From contig CAXXLV010000001.1 in assembly GCA_963664305.2 (NCBI GenBank), positions 320,001 to 384,000 of the forward strand: a stretch of 64,000 bases of DNA, read 5' to 3'. Below the pieces are notes generated by a model. That model was not told where the DNA came from. It saw only the letters and a program-made list of their open reading frames with translations, and ran no database searches. The DNA is from an uncultured Aliarcobacter sp. Lineage in GTDB: Bacteria > Campylobacterota > Campylobacteria > Campylobacterales > Arcobacteraceae. The translations under genes and the position numbers were made by a program. Shown here piece by piece: positions 55,456 to 64,000 of this stretch (position 1 is the stretch's first letter; every line of letters starts with the position of its first letter).

Positions 55456-55686
55456 ATGGATTTAGCTATTATTTACGAATTAAGAGCAAACGATGTAAGC
55501 GAAGAGCATATTGAATTAATCATGAATAGAGTAAAAAATAGATTGACGGAAGAGAATATAGATAAAGAATTAGTAAAGTTAGGTTATCCTAAAATATTCA
55601 CTGTAGATTATGATGAATATGATAACTATAATTTTGATGACGACTATAGTCCTAGTCACAAGGGAAATTATGAAGAAATTGACTAA
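55456..55686 (+). CDS. Small hypothetical protein with acidic, Tyr-rich C-terminus
   Basis: 76 aa, GAGGA RBS, plausible codon usage. Confidence 0.7.
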   Translation: MDLAIIYELRANDVSEEHIELIMNRVKNRLTEENIDKELVKLGYPKIFTVDYDEYDNYNFDDDYSPSHKGNYEEID

Positions 55687-56074
55687 TAAAGAATTAGTAA
55701 AATTATATTACGACGAATTGTGGAATAAACAAAATAAAGATTATATTGATATTTTATTTGATGACAATATAACTTTTCATGGTTCATTAGATATAGATGT
55801 AAAAGGTAAAGAACAGTTCAAAACATATATGGACACAATTTTAACTGGTATTCCAAATCTTTTCCATAGTATTGTTACTATGGTTAGTGAAGGTGATACT
55901 ATTGCCGTTAAAGCACTTTACAATGGTAGACACACTGGTAAATTATTTGAATTTGAACCAAGTAATAATAAAATTGCCTACAGTGGTGCATCTTTCTTTA
56001 AATTTAGAGATGGAAAAATTGTAGACGTTTGGGTTCTTGGCGATTTAAAAAATCTTATTAAACAACTTTCATAA
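55670..56074 (+). CDS. SnoaL-like/ester cyclase (NTF2 fold) protein
   Basis: YYDELWN, EGDTIAV, GRHTG, FRDGKIVDVW; start moved to ATG 55670 after AGGGA. Confidence 0.88.
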   Translation: MKKLTNKELVKLYYDELWNKQNKDYIDILFDDNITFHGSLDIDVKGKEQFKTYMDTILTGIPNLFHSIVTMVSEGDTIAVKALYNGRHTGKLFEFEPSNNKIAYSGASFFKFRDGKIVDVWVLGDLKNLIKQLS

Positions 56075-56091
56075 ACAACCGTTTATGAAAG
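56066..56091 (+). terminator. Hairpin overlapping the SnoaL stop
   Basis: CTTTCATAAAC-aacc-GTTTATGAAAG. Confidence 0.5.
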
Positions 56092-56179
56092 CCTACTTTA
56101 TACTTACAAAATTATTTTTCAAATAAAAACAACAGTTTTTTTCACTATAATTACGCCAAATTATTAAATAAGAGATTAA

Positions 56180-56914
56180 ATGAAATTAGATGAAAATCAA
56201 TTAAAAGAGTTTCAAGAAAATGGTTTTTTAGTTTTAAAAAACTTTGCACCAATGGAACTTTGTGATGCAATTTTAGAAAAAGCAAAAGAGCATTTACACA
56301 AAAAGCAAGCTCCTATTGAAACTGAACAAGAATATATGAATTTAGATGACAACAATATAACAGTTAGAAGACTTAGACAAGTTTATGATAGAGAAGAAAT
56401 TTTTAGAACTTGGATGACAAATGAAAAAATCAGACCTATTTTAAAACAGATTTTAAATGATTCACCTGTTTTAACTTTAGCTCATCATAACTCAATTATG
56501 ACAAAACTACCAAAAGAAAGCACTAGAACTTATTGGCATCAAGATAGACGTTATTGGAATTTTGAAAACAATAATTTAGTTTCAGTTTGGCTTGCACTTG
56601 GTGATGAAAATCTTGAAAATGGATTATTAGAGTTTATTCCAAAAAGTCATAAAATAGATTTTTCAAAAGATAGATTTGATGAAGTTGATAATTTTTTAGA
56701 CGAAAATGAAGAGAATAAAAAACTAATAAAAACAAAAGTTCATACAAATTTACAAAAAGGTGATGTGGTTTTATTTCACTGTAAAACACTTCATCATGCA
56801 AGTAAGAACAATACAGATAAAGCAAAAATTTCTTTTGTTTATACAGTTCGAGCAAAAAGTAATAAACCAATAGCAAATACAAGAAGTGATTTTAAGGAAA
56901 TAATACTTGACTAA
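56180..56914 (+). CDS. Phytanoyl-CoA dioxygenase (PhyH) family Fe(II)/2-oxoglutarate oxygenase
   Basis: FQENGFLV, WHQD, SVWLAL, IPKSH, KGDVVLFH..TLH. Confidence 0.9.
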   Translation: MKLDENQLKEFQENGFLVLKNFAPMELCDAILEKAKEHLHKKQAPIETEQEYMNLDDNNITVRRLRQVYDREEIFRTWMTNEKIRPILKQILNDSPVLTLAHHNSIMTKLPKESTRTYWHQDRRYWNFENNNLVSVWLALGDENLENGLLEFIPKSHKIDFSKDRFDEVDNFLDENEENKKLIKTKVHTNLQKGDVVLFHCKTLHHASKNNTDKAKISFVYTVRAKSNKPIANTRSDFKEIILD

Positions 56915-59018
56915 TTTAATAGACTTAATAAAAGAAAAAACAAATCTATCAAATAATGTAATTTTAAATATCATCAAACTTTTAGATGAAGGTTGTACTA
57001 TTCCATTTATTGCAAGATATAGAAAAGATTTTACAAATGGTGCGACAGATGAAGAATTAAGAATTTTTGAAGAAGTATATGAATACTCAAAAAAACTATT
57101 AGCTAGAAAAGAAGAGATAAAAAATCTACTTGCTGAAAAAAATTTTTTAGATAATAAAGTTCTAAAAAATCTTGAAAGTGCAACTACACTTCAAGCTTGT
57201 GAAGATATTTATGCTCCATTTAAAGAGAAAAAATCTTCAAGAACAACAACAGCTATTGAAAATGGTTTAGAACCATTGGCAAATATTATTCAAAGTATGA
57301 AATATTCACTTGAAGAGATAAATCAAAAAGCAAAACAATTTTTAAATGAAAATGTTACGAATATTGATGAAGCACTAAATGGTGCAAAAGATATTATTGC
57401 TCAAAGATATGCAGATGATTTTAAATCAAAAGAGGTTTTAAGAAACCTGATAGCAAATTGGGGAACGTTAGAAATAAAAGAGACTAAAGAACTTGATAAA
57501 AATGGTCTTTATGCTTCTTTTGCAAACACAACTGAAAAAATAAAATATATTAAATCACATAGAGTTTTAGCAATTTTAAGAGCTGTAAATGAAAAACAAC
57601 TCTCGATAAAAGTTGAAATTGATGAAAATCATATTTTAGAAAATATTAAAAAATATAAAATACCAACAAATGCAGAAAGTTCAAAAGAGTTAGTATTTGA
57701 AGCTTACAAAGATGGATTAAAAAGGCTACTTCTTCCAAGTTTAAAAAGAGAAGCAATAACAAATCTAAAAGAAAAAGCAAGTAGTGAAGCCATAGAACTT
57801 TTTGGAAAAAATCTAAAAGAACTGCTTCTAACTGCACCACTAGTTAATCAAGTGATTTTAGGAATGGACCCTGGGTATAAAACTGGTTGTAAATTGGCAG
57901 TTATTGATGAAAATGGACTTTATTTAGATAGTGCTGTTATATATCCTACTAAACCAAAAGAAGATATAATAAGCTCATCAAAAGTTGTTTTAGATTTAAT
58001 CAAAAAATATAAAATCACAAGTATTGCAATAGGAAATGGAACAGCTTCAAGGGAAACTGCAAACTTTATAAATGAACTAATAAAACAACATGACTTAGAT
58101 GTAAACTATGCAATCGTTAGTGAAATAGGAGCTAGTGTTTATTCTGCTTCAAAAATTGCCATTGAAGAATATCCAAATCTAGACGTTACTATTAGAGGTG
58201 CAATTTCTATTGCTTCAAGGCTTCGTGACCCTATGGCAGCTTTGGTAAAGATTGACCCAAAATCTTTGGGTATTGGTCAATATCAACATGATGTGAATCA
58301 AAAAGAGTTAGCTTTAAAACTTGAAAATATAACAATTGACTTAGTAAATAAAGTTGGAGTTGATTTGAACTCTGCTTCATATAAACTTCTATCTTTTATA
58401 TCTGGTATTACTGAAAAGTTAGCAAAAAATATTGTTGAACATAGAAATAAAATCAAAAAGTTCAATACTAAAGATGAACTGCTTAAAGTAAAAGGTATTG
58501 GAGAAAAAGCATATGAGCAATGTGTTGGATTTTTAAGAATCAAAGATGGAAAATCAATCCTTGATAATACAGCAATTCACCCAGAAGATTATGAAATAAC
58601 TGCAAAACTGCAAAAAAACTACACTATAAAAGAGCTTGAAGAGATAAAAGATTTTGAAAAAGTTTCAAAGGAAATAAATACAAGTTTACTAAAACTAAAA
58701 GATATCGTAACTGAACTTTTAAAACCAGGATATGATGTAAGAACTGAGTTCAATCAAGTAAAATTTGCAAATGATATTTTGGATATCAATGATTTAAAAG
58801 AAGGATATATTTTAAGTGGAATAGTAAGAAACATCACTGACTTTGGTGCTTTTGTTGATATTGGACTAAAAAATGATGCCCTACTTCATATCTCACAAAT
58901 AAGTGAAAAAAGAATCTCTCATGCAAGTGATGTTTTAAGTATAAATCAAAATTTAGAAAATCTAAAAGTAATAAGTGTGGATTTAGAAAAACAAAGGGTT
59001 GGGTTGAGTTTAAGATGA
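56907..59018 (+). CDS. tex: Tex family transcription accessory protein (YqgF + HhH + S1)
   Basis: TIPFIARYRK, DPGYKTGCK, GASVYSAS, IGQYQHD, DFGAFVDIG. Confidence 0.95.
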   Translation: MTNLIDLIKEKTNLSNNVILNIIKLLDEGCTIPFIARYRKDFTNGATDEELRIFEEVYEYSKKLLARKEEIKNLLAEKNFLDNKVLKNLESATTLQACEDIYAPFKEKKSSRTTTAIENGLEPLANIIQSMKYSLEEINQKAKQFLNENVTNIDEALNGAKDIIAQRYADDFKSKEVLRNLIANWGTLEIKETKELDKNGLYASFANTTEKIKYIKSHRVLAILRAVNEKQLSIKVEIDENHILENIKKYKIPTNAESSKELVFEAYKDGLKRLLLPSLKREAITNLKEKASSEAIELFGKNLKELLLTAPLVNQVILGMDPGYKTGCKLAVIDENGLYLDSAVIYPTKPKEDIISSSKVVLDLIKKYKITSIAIGNGTASRETANFINELIKQHDLDVNYAIVSEIGASVYSASKIAIEEYPNLDVTIRGAISIASRLRDPMAALVKIDPKSLGIGQYQHDVNQKELALKLENITIDLVNKVGVDLNSASYKLLSFISGITEKLAKNIVEHRNKIKKFNTKDELLKVKGIGEKAYEQCVGFLRIKDGKSILDNTAIHPEDYEITAKLQKNYTIKELEEIKDFEKVSKEINTSLLKLKDIVTELLKPGYDVRTEFNQVKFANDILDINDLKEGYILSGIVRNITDFGAFVDIGLKNDALLHISQISEKRISHASDVLSINQNLENLKVISVDLEKQRVGLSLR

Positions 59019-59842
59019 ATGAAAAAGATTTTATAATAGATAAATTAAATAATGCATCACTTATTATTAAAGATGCTCACTCTTTTTTATTTTTAAATTT
59101 TGAACAAAAACATAAAATTGATGAACATAAATTAGGCTTAGGTAGCTTTTCTACAGCAATATCATTATTTGCATTAATTAATTTTGTATCAAAAGTATAT
59201 TTTATATTAAACAAAGGTGATGAAAAAATTGTAAATCAATCTAACATTGATGAATATAAAAGATTAGAAAATATTTTAAAAGAAAATAAGAAAGAGTGGA
59301 AAAATATTAAAAAATATTTTAAGAAACCTCGAATTGGTGAGATAAATGAAACTGATGCTTTTATTTTTCTAATTGAAAACTGCCCTATTGATTTTGGAAT
59401 TGATAAAACAAATAAAAAACAAATTTGTGAAGTTTGGCAAAATTATAGAAATAAATTAACTCATTTAATTTCATTAAAAGGGAATACTGTAAATGGTCAA
59501 ATGTTAATAAATTTAGTAATTCATCCTACAAAAGAAGGAATGTATCAAGAAATACTTAACCATATTAAAAGTAGAATAGAAATAGATAAAGCATTTGATA
59601 TTGAAGAAGAAAAAACCAAAAATAATATTCTAACAAAAAAAGCTGAATTAAAAAAAATCTTTGGAAATGAATTTTTACAAGTTATGATAAAAGATAAATG
59701 TCATATTGAAAGATTAGTTATCACCTCAGAAATACTTATTGAATGGTTAATTGAAGAAATTAAATCAGACAAATTTTCTGAAAATTATAATTTTTTAATA
59801 AATTGGTTAGAAGATGAGCTAAAAACTAGAGAAAACTTCTAG
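59015..59842 (+). CDS. Hypothetical protein with an RNxxxH motif (putative HEPN-domain RNase)
   Basis: 275 aa, apparently helical and soluble; YRNKLTH at 59444-59464; ATGA-coupled to tex. Confidence 0.6.
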   Translation: MNEKDFIIDKLNNASLIIKDAHSFLFLNFEQKHKIDEHKLGLGSFSTAISLFALINFVSKVYFILNKGDEKIVNQSNIDEYKRLENILKENKKEWKNIKKYFKKPRIGEINETDAFIFLIENCPIDFGIDKTNKKQICEVWQNYRNKLTHLISLKGNTVNGQMLINLVIHPTKEGMYQEILNHIKSRIEIDKAFDIEEEKTKNNILTKKAELKKIFGNEFLQVMIKDKCHIERLVITSEILIEWLIEEIKSDKFSENYNFLINWLEDELKTRENF

Positions 59843-59848
59843 TTTTTA
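59821..59848. repeat. Palindromic 28-mer, copy 1 (bidirectional terminator-like)
   Basis: AAAAACTAGAGAAAACTTCTAGTTTTTA; 24/28 identical to 62662-62689. Confidence 0.7.
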
Positions 59849-60154
59849 TCAAAATCCCGTAACCAAAAAATCAACTGCTCCAATAATCTCTTCTCTTTTC
59901 TCTTTCAAAGAACAGATTTTATTTCCCAAAATTTCCATTGGAATACTTGCAAGTTCAGCAGTTGATAAAATCACATCTATTTGATTTATTGTAAATTTTG
60001 GATTTAAAAAATTTATTGATTGATTTGAAATTACCAAAGGTATCACTACTCTTGTAGTTAAATTTTTTAAAATATCATTTTGTATATCCAATAGATATGG
60101 AATATTTTGTCTTGATTTTTCATTTAGATTTTCATAAACATCAAATTGAGCCAT
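59849..60154 (-). CDS. ccdB: CcdB family toxin (gyrase poison)
   Basis: MAQFDVY, PYLLDIQ, TRVVIPL, LNP, EIIGAVDFLVTGF. Confidence 0.92.
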   Translation of the reverse strand: MAQFDVYENLNEKSRQNIPYLLDIQNDILKNLTTRVVIPLVISNQSINFLNPKFTINQIDVILSTAELASIPMEILGNKICSLKEKREEIIGAVDFLVTGF

Positions 60155-60399
60155 CAAAAACTTCTTAATCCATCAGAAAACAGTCCATTTTGAGAGATTC
60201 TTTGATTATAATCTTCTATTGCTTCTTTGTTTTCTTTTTCCCAATTTTGAATTTCATGTTGTTTTATTAATTCTTCAAGAGTTTTTTCAACATTTGCAGA
60301 AATATTGATTTTATATTTTTTTGCTTTTTCTAACAATTCTGAATTTATAGAAATATTTGTAGCTTTCTTTTTTGCATCTTTATTATATATGGCTGTCAT
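60154..60399 (-). CDS. ccdA: CcdA family antitoxin
   Basis: KKATNISINSELLEKAK..INIS (RHH), WEKENKEAI..YN..GLFSDGLRSF; ATG at 60399 after AAGGA. Confidence 0.92.
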   Translation of the reverse strand: MTAIYNKDAKKKATNISINSELLEKAKKYKINISANVEKTLEELIKQHEIQNWEKENKEAIEDYNQRISQNGLFSDGLRSF

Positions 60400-60412
60400 T
60401 ATACATCCTTTA

Positions 60413-60440
60413 TACACATATTTTATGTGTAAGTATAACA
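60413..60440 (-). promoter_or_regulatory. ccdAB operator palindrome and extended -10
   Basis: TACACATA-ttt-TATGTGTA (60413-60431) directly downstream of TGtTATACT (60440-60432). Confidence 0.75.
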
Positions 60441-60532
60441 TAGATTATACTATTTTAAAATGAAAAGATAAGACTAGAAGAGTTTTTATAGTTTTTAAAT
60501 GTAATTGTATATCTACTTCAACTAAATAATAT

Positions 60533-62599
60533 TTAAACTAAAAATTCTGGTTCGTGGAATAGATAACCTTGAGAAAAATCTATTCCTAGAGATTCAACAA
60601 CTTCTTGAACTTCTTTACAGTGTACATACTCTGCAACAGTTTGAATACCAAGTACTTTTGCAAAATTTACAATAGTTGAAACTGTTAATCTGATGTTATC
60701 ATCAATGTGAATATTTTTAATCAATGAACCATCTATTTTTATAAAATCGACATTTAATTTTATAATATATTCAAAATTTGAATATCCTGTTCCAAAATCA
60801 TCAATAGCAACTTTACAACCAAGTGCTTTTGCTTTTTTTATAAATTCTCCAACTTCTTCAAACTTTTCAATTCCTTCTGATTCAACTATCTCTAAAATTA
60901 CTCTTTTTGCCAAATTCGTTTCAGTTAATTTTGAAAATAAAAAATTTACCGTTTTTTCATTTTTTATATCTTCAATCATCAAATTAATAGAAAAAACCAT
61001 ATCTTTATCTACAAAATAATTACAAGCCTTTTCAATTATTTTTTTTGTCATTTGAGGATAAAGTCTTGCTCTTTTTGCATGTTCTAAAAATATAAATGGA
61101 GATAAGATAGTTCCATTTGATAATTTCATTCTCATTAATATTTCATATTTAATTTCATTAGATTTGTTATCAATAATTTTTTGAGCATACATTAAAATAT
61201 TCTCATCTTTTAATGCTTGTTTTATATCTTTTGTTAGTTCTATATTTCTTTTTAGTTCTTTATATATAGGCATCTCTTCATTAAAAATTCCTATATCAAT
61301 ATTAATCTTTTTTGCCCAAAATAGTGCAATTTCGGCATGAGTTAATAACTTCTCATCATTGTCTGCCATACCTATTGTAAAAGAGATATCAAAACTATTA
61401 TCATCAATAATAAAATTTTCTCTATCACATAAAATATTAAGATTAGAACATGTTTTATATAATTCATCCATTTTGAAATTTCCAAAAGCCATAAAAGCAA
61501 AAATATCACCAGAAATTCTATAAATATTCAGATTTATACTTTTAAATATTAATAATTTTTTTGCAAATTCTTTTAATATTCTATCCCCTATTTCCATTCC
61601 ATAAGAGCTATTTATGTCTTTAAATCTATCAATATTTATAATTGCAAGTTTAGGATTAATACAAGTTTTCAAATCTTTTAAAAGTTTTTGTCTATTTGGT
61701 AAAGAAGTTAATTCATCAGTAAATTGTTCATAAATTAATTCATCTTTTTCAAATAAAGAAGTTACATCATTTCTTATTGCTATATACTCTAATATCTCAT
61801 TGTTTTTATCTAAAATTGGAATTATTGTTGAATCAACATAATATCCTTGTCCACTTTTTTTTCTATTTTTTATTATGCCTTTAAATATTTTTTTGTTTTT
61901 GATTGTTTCCCATAATTGTTTAAAAAACTCTTTTTCAATATCTGGATGTCTGATTATATTATGATTTTGTCCAATTAATTCTTCTCTTTTATATCCTGAG
62001 ATTTCACAAAATTTATCATTTACATACGTAATAATTCCATGTAAATTTGTTTTTGAAACAACAGAACTTGCATCTAAAGCTTTTTTATACTCTTCTAATA
62101 ACAATATAGATTCAGATAAATTCTCATAATTTTCATTGTACATCCACATTGTTTCATTTATTTGTTGAATATAATTATCTTTTTGTTCAACAATTAATTT
62201 CTGATTTAAAAGCTCTTTTTCTAATCTTTTTATTTTTTCAAGATTCTTTAACTTATTTATTATGATTTCTTTACCATCTATCACTATCTTTTTTAAATTC
62301 ACTTCAACATAAAAAATTTCATTGGTAAAAGTTTTAGATAGCCATTCAAAAGTATGTTCACCATTTATAAGACAAAGTTCAAGCATTTTATTGGCTTTTA
62401 TTAACGATAGTTCACCATCTGGTTGATATTCAGGAGATAAAATAGCAGGATGTAATTCAAATAATTCTTCTTTTGAACTTACTTCAAATAAATTAAGAGC
62501 TGACGAATTTCCATAAATGAAATGTTGCCCTTCTATAAGAAGAATAGGTTCTGAAATAGCATTGAAAATTGCTTCAAAAAAAGAATTATTTTTTTCCAA
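60533..62599 (-). CDS. PAS-PAS-GGDEF(degenerate)-EAL c-di-GMP phosphodiesterase
   Basis: Two PAS domains (the second Aer/NifL-like, HNIIRHPD..W); SGDIF instead of GGDEF; EILMR, EIVESE, DDFGTGYS, KIDGS, QGYLF. Confidence 0.9.
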   Translation of the reverse strand: MEKNNSFFEAIFNAISEPILLIEGQHFIYGNSSALNLFEVSSKEELFELHPAILSPEYQPDGELSLIKANKMLELCLINGEHTFEWLSKTFTNEIFYVEVNLKKIVIDGKEIIINKLKNLEKIKRLEKELLNQKLIVEQKDNYIQQINETMWMYNENYENLSESILLLEEYKKALDASSVVSKTNLHGIITYVNDKFCEISGYKREELIGQNHNIIRHPDIEKEFFKQLWETIKNKKIFKGIIKNRKKSGQGYYVDSTIIPILDKNNEILEYIAIRNDVTSLFEKDELIYEQFTDELTSLPNRQKLLKDLKTCINPKLAIINIDRFKDINSSYGMEIGDRILKEFAKKLLIFKSINLNIYRISGDIFAFMAFGNFKMDELYKTCSNLNILCDRENFIIDDNSFDISFTIGMADNDEKLLTHAEIALFWAKKINIDIGIFNEEMPIYKELKRNIELTKDIKQALKDENILMYAQKIIDNKSNEIKYEILMRMKLSNGTILSPFIFLEHAKRARLYPQMTKKIIEKACNYFVDKDMVFSINLMIEDIKNEKTVNFLFSKLTETNLAKRVILEIVESEGIEKFEEVGEFIKKAKALGCKVAIDDFGTGYSNFEYIIKLNVDFIKIDGSLIKNIHIDDNIRLTVSTIVNFAKVLGIQTVAEYVHCKEVQEVVESLGIDFSQGYLFHEPEFLV

Positions 62600-62661
62600 T
62601 TAGAATCCTAGATATAATTTTTAAATTATATTATTTTATTATTTATTCTAACATTATACAA

Positions 62662-62689
62662 AAAAACTAGAGATATTCTCTAGTTTTTA
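62662..62689. repeat. Palindromic 28-mer, copy 2 (terminator of the RidA gene)
   Basis: AAAAACTAGAGATATTCTCTAGTTTTTA, overlapping the RidA stop codon. Confidence 0.7.
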
Positions 62690-63063
62690 AAAGCGATTGT
62701 ATCTACCTCAACTAAAACATTTTTTGGTAAAGTTTTAACTGCAACTGTACTTCTTGCTGGTGCAGTTTCACCTTTGAAATATTGCCCATAAATTTCATTG
62801 AAAGCAACAAAATTATCCATATCTGATAAATAACAAGTTGTTTTTAAAACATTTTCAAAAGAACTTCCAGCTTCTTCTAAAACTGCTTTTAAATTTTCCA
62901 TAACTTGTTTTGTTTGTTCTTGAACTCCACCACTTACTATTTCCATAGTTGTTGGGTCTAATGCAATTTGTCCAGAAGTAAAGATTAATTTATCAAAAGC
63001 TGTTGCTTGATTGTATGGTCCTATTGCACTTGGTGCTTTTGGTGTAGAGATTATAGTTTTCAT
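62680..63063 (-). CDS. ridA: RidA/YjgF family enamine deaminase
   Basis: APSAIGPYNQA, SGQI, FNEIY, PARS, LPKNVLVEVD. Confidence 0.93.
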   Translation of the reverse strand: MKTIISTPKAPSAIGPYNQATAFDKLIFTSGQIALDPTTMEIVSGGVQEQTKQVMENLKAVLEEAGSSFENVLKTTCYLSDMDNFVAFNEIYGQYFKGETAPARSTVAVKTLPKNVLVEVDTIAFKN

Positions 63064-63107
63064 TTATTTCCTTTGTCTAAATCTTTATTGAATTTTTTAG
63101 TTGCGTA

Positions 63108-63896
63108 TTATACAAGGTTCTTACTTTCTCTTGGGAAAAACAATTCAAAATCTTTTTTAATATGACATAAAACTTCATGATTTGCTTTTATAAAACCTTT
63201 GTATTCAAGTGCAGCTAAAACTACTGCTTTTGAATATGTAAGTACACTTTCATCTTCCAAATATTTTTTTACATCTATCCATTTTGCATCAAGAATTTCA
63301 TGGGTATCTTGAATATTTATTTCTAAAGTTTTTGGATTTGCTGTACATAAAACGTATAAATTTGATTTATGAAATTGATGTGGGAAAAAATGTCCTAAAG
63401 ATATAATCGATTCAAATTCTACAATAACACCTGTTTCTTCAAAAACTTCTCTTGCAACTGCTGTTGAAATCATCTCACCATTATCTATATGACCACCAGG
63501 AAGTTTGTAACCTAAATTTAAAACCTTTTCTTTTATTACTAAAATTTCATTATTTTCATTTATTACTACTGCTCCAACACCTAATGTATGATTTGCACAA
63601 GTTGGTATTACTGTATTTTCTTTTAATCTTTTTACTATAAGTAAATAATCTTCATCGCAAGAATGAAATATAAAACCTCTTTTTGTAGCAATTGGTATAA
63701 AATCTGATTTTTTTATATCGATATAAATCCAAATTAAATTTCTTTTATTTTCAAGTTCACTGATTAAAAAATCAAGATTTATTTCAAACTCTTCTTTTGT
63801 ATTTGGTAAATCTTTTTGCTCAATAGTAATTCCATTATAAGGGTCTAAAATTGTATTAAAACACCCTATTTTTTCTAAACTCGTATTATTATTCAT
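63108..63896 (-). CDS. Nudix hydrolase with N-terminal pre-Nudix domain (NUDT6-like)
   Basis: Nudix box GGHIDNGEMISTAVAREVFEETGV; GFIFH and HTLGVGAVV motifs. Confidence 0.85.
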   Translation of the reverse strand: MNNNTSLEKIGCFNTILDPYNGITIEQKDLPNTKEEFEINLDFLISELENKRNLIWIYIDIKKSDFIPIATKRGFIFHSCDEDYLLIVKRLKENTVIPTCANHTLGVGAVVINENNEILVIKEKVLNLGYKLPGGHIDNGEMISTAVAREVFEETGVIVEFESIISLGHFFPHQFHKSNLYVLCTANPKTLEINIQDTHEILDAKWIDVKKYLEDESVLTYSKAVVLAALEYKGFIKANHEVLCHIKKDFELFFPRESKNLV

Positions 63897-64000
63897 TAAT
63901 TACCCTTTATATTGGGAAAATGATAACTAAAATGAGATTAATTCAATTAAAGAGAAAGCAATAAAAAGCATTAAAAATCCAATTGAAACATCTAATATTT

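Noticed and set aside
59015..60532. Integron cassette array (ccdAB is known from superintegrons)
   Set aside because: No integrase, and no attC-like RYYYAAC...GTTRRRY structures were recognised around these genes.

Overview
AT-rich chromosomal window from a Campylobacterota bacterium. The 16S/23S sequences, unfused rpoB/rpoC and gene content point to the Arcobacteraceae; I do not assign a species. Most of it is core genome: a tRNA cluster, tuf-rpmG-tRNA(Trp)-secE-nusG-rplKAJL-rpoBC, dispersed cell-wall genes (murD, mraY, PBP1A, uppP, murG, ftsW, ftsI), glnA, leuB, moaDE, mqnA, a complete minus-strand rRNA operon (16S-Ile-Ala-23S-5S), a Fur-boxed Fe3+ ABC transporter and three c-di-GMP enzymes. 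No CRISPR array, transposase or integrase was seen. The most notable accessory part is 59.0-62.7 kb. An uncharacterised 275-aa protein with an RNxxxH (HEPN-type RNase) motif is translationally coupled to tex and converges on a ccdAB toxin-antitoxin pair, and two near-identical 28-bp palindromic sites bracket ccdBA plus an EAL gene. Other oddities are an abrupt synonymous-codon switch at the 3' end of leuB, a 14-bp inverted repeat in a divergent promoter, and a dyad upstream of glnA. All calls were made by eye from motifs; no database searches were run.
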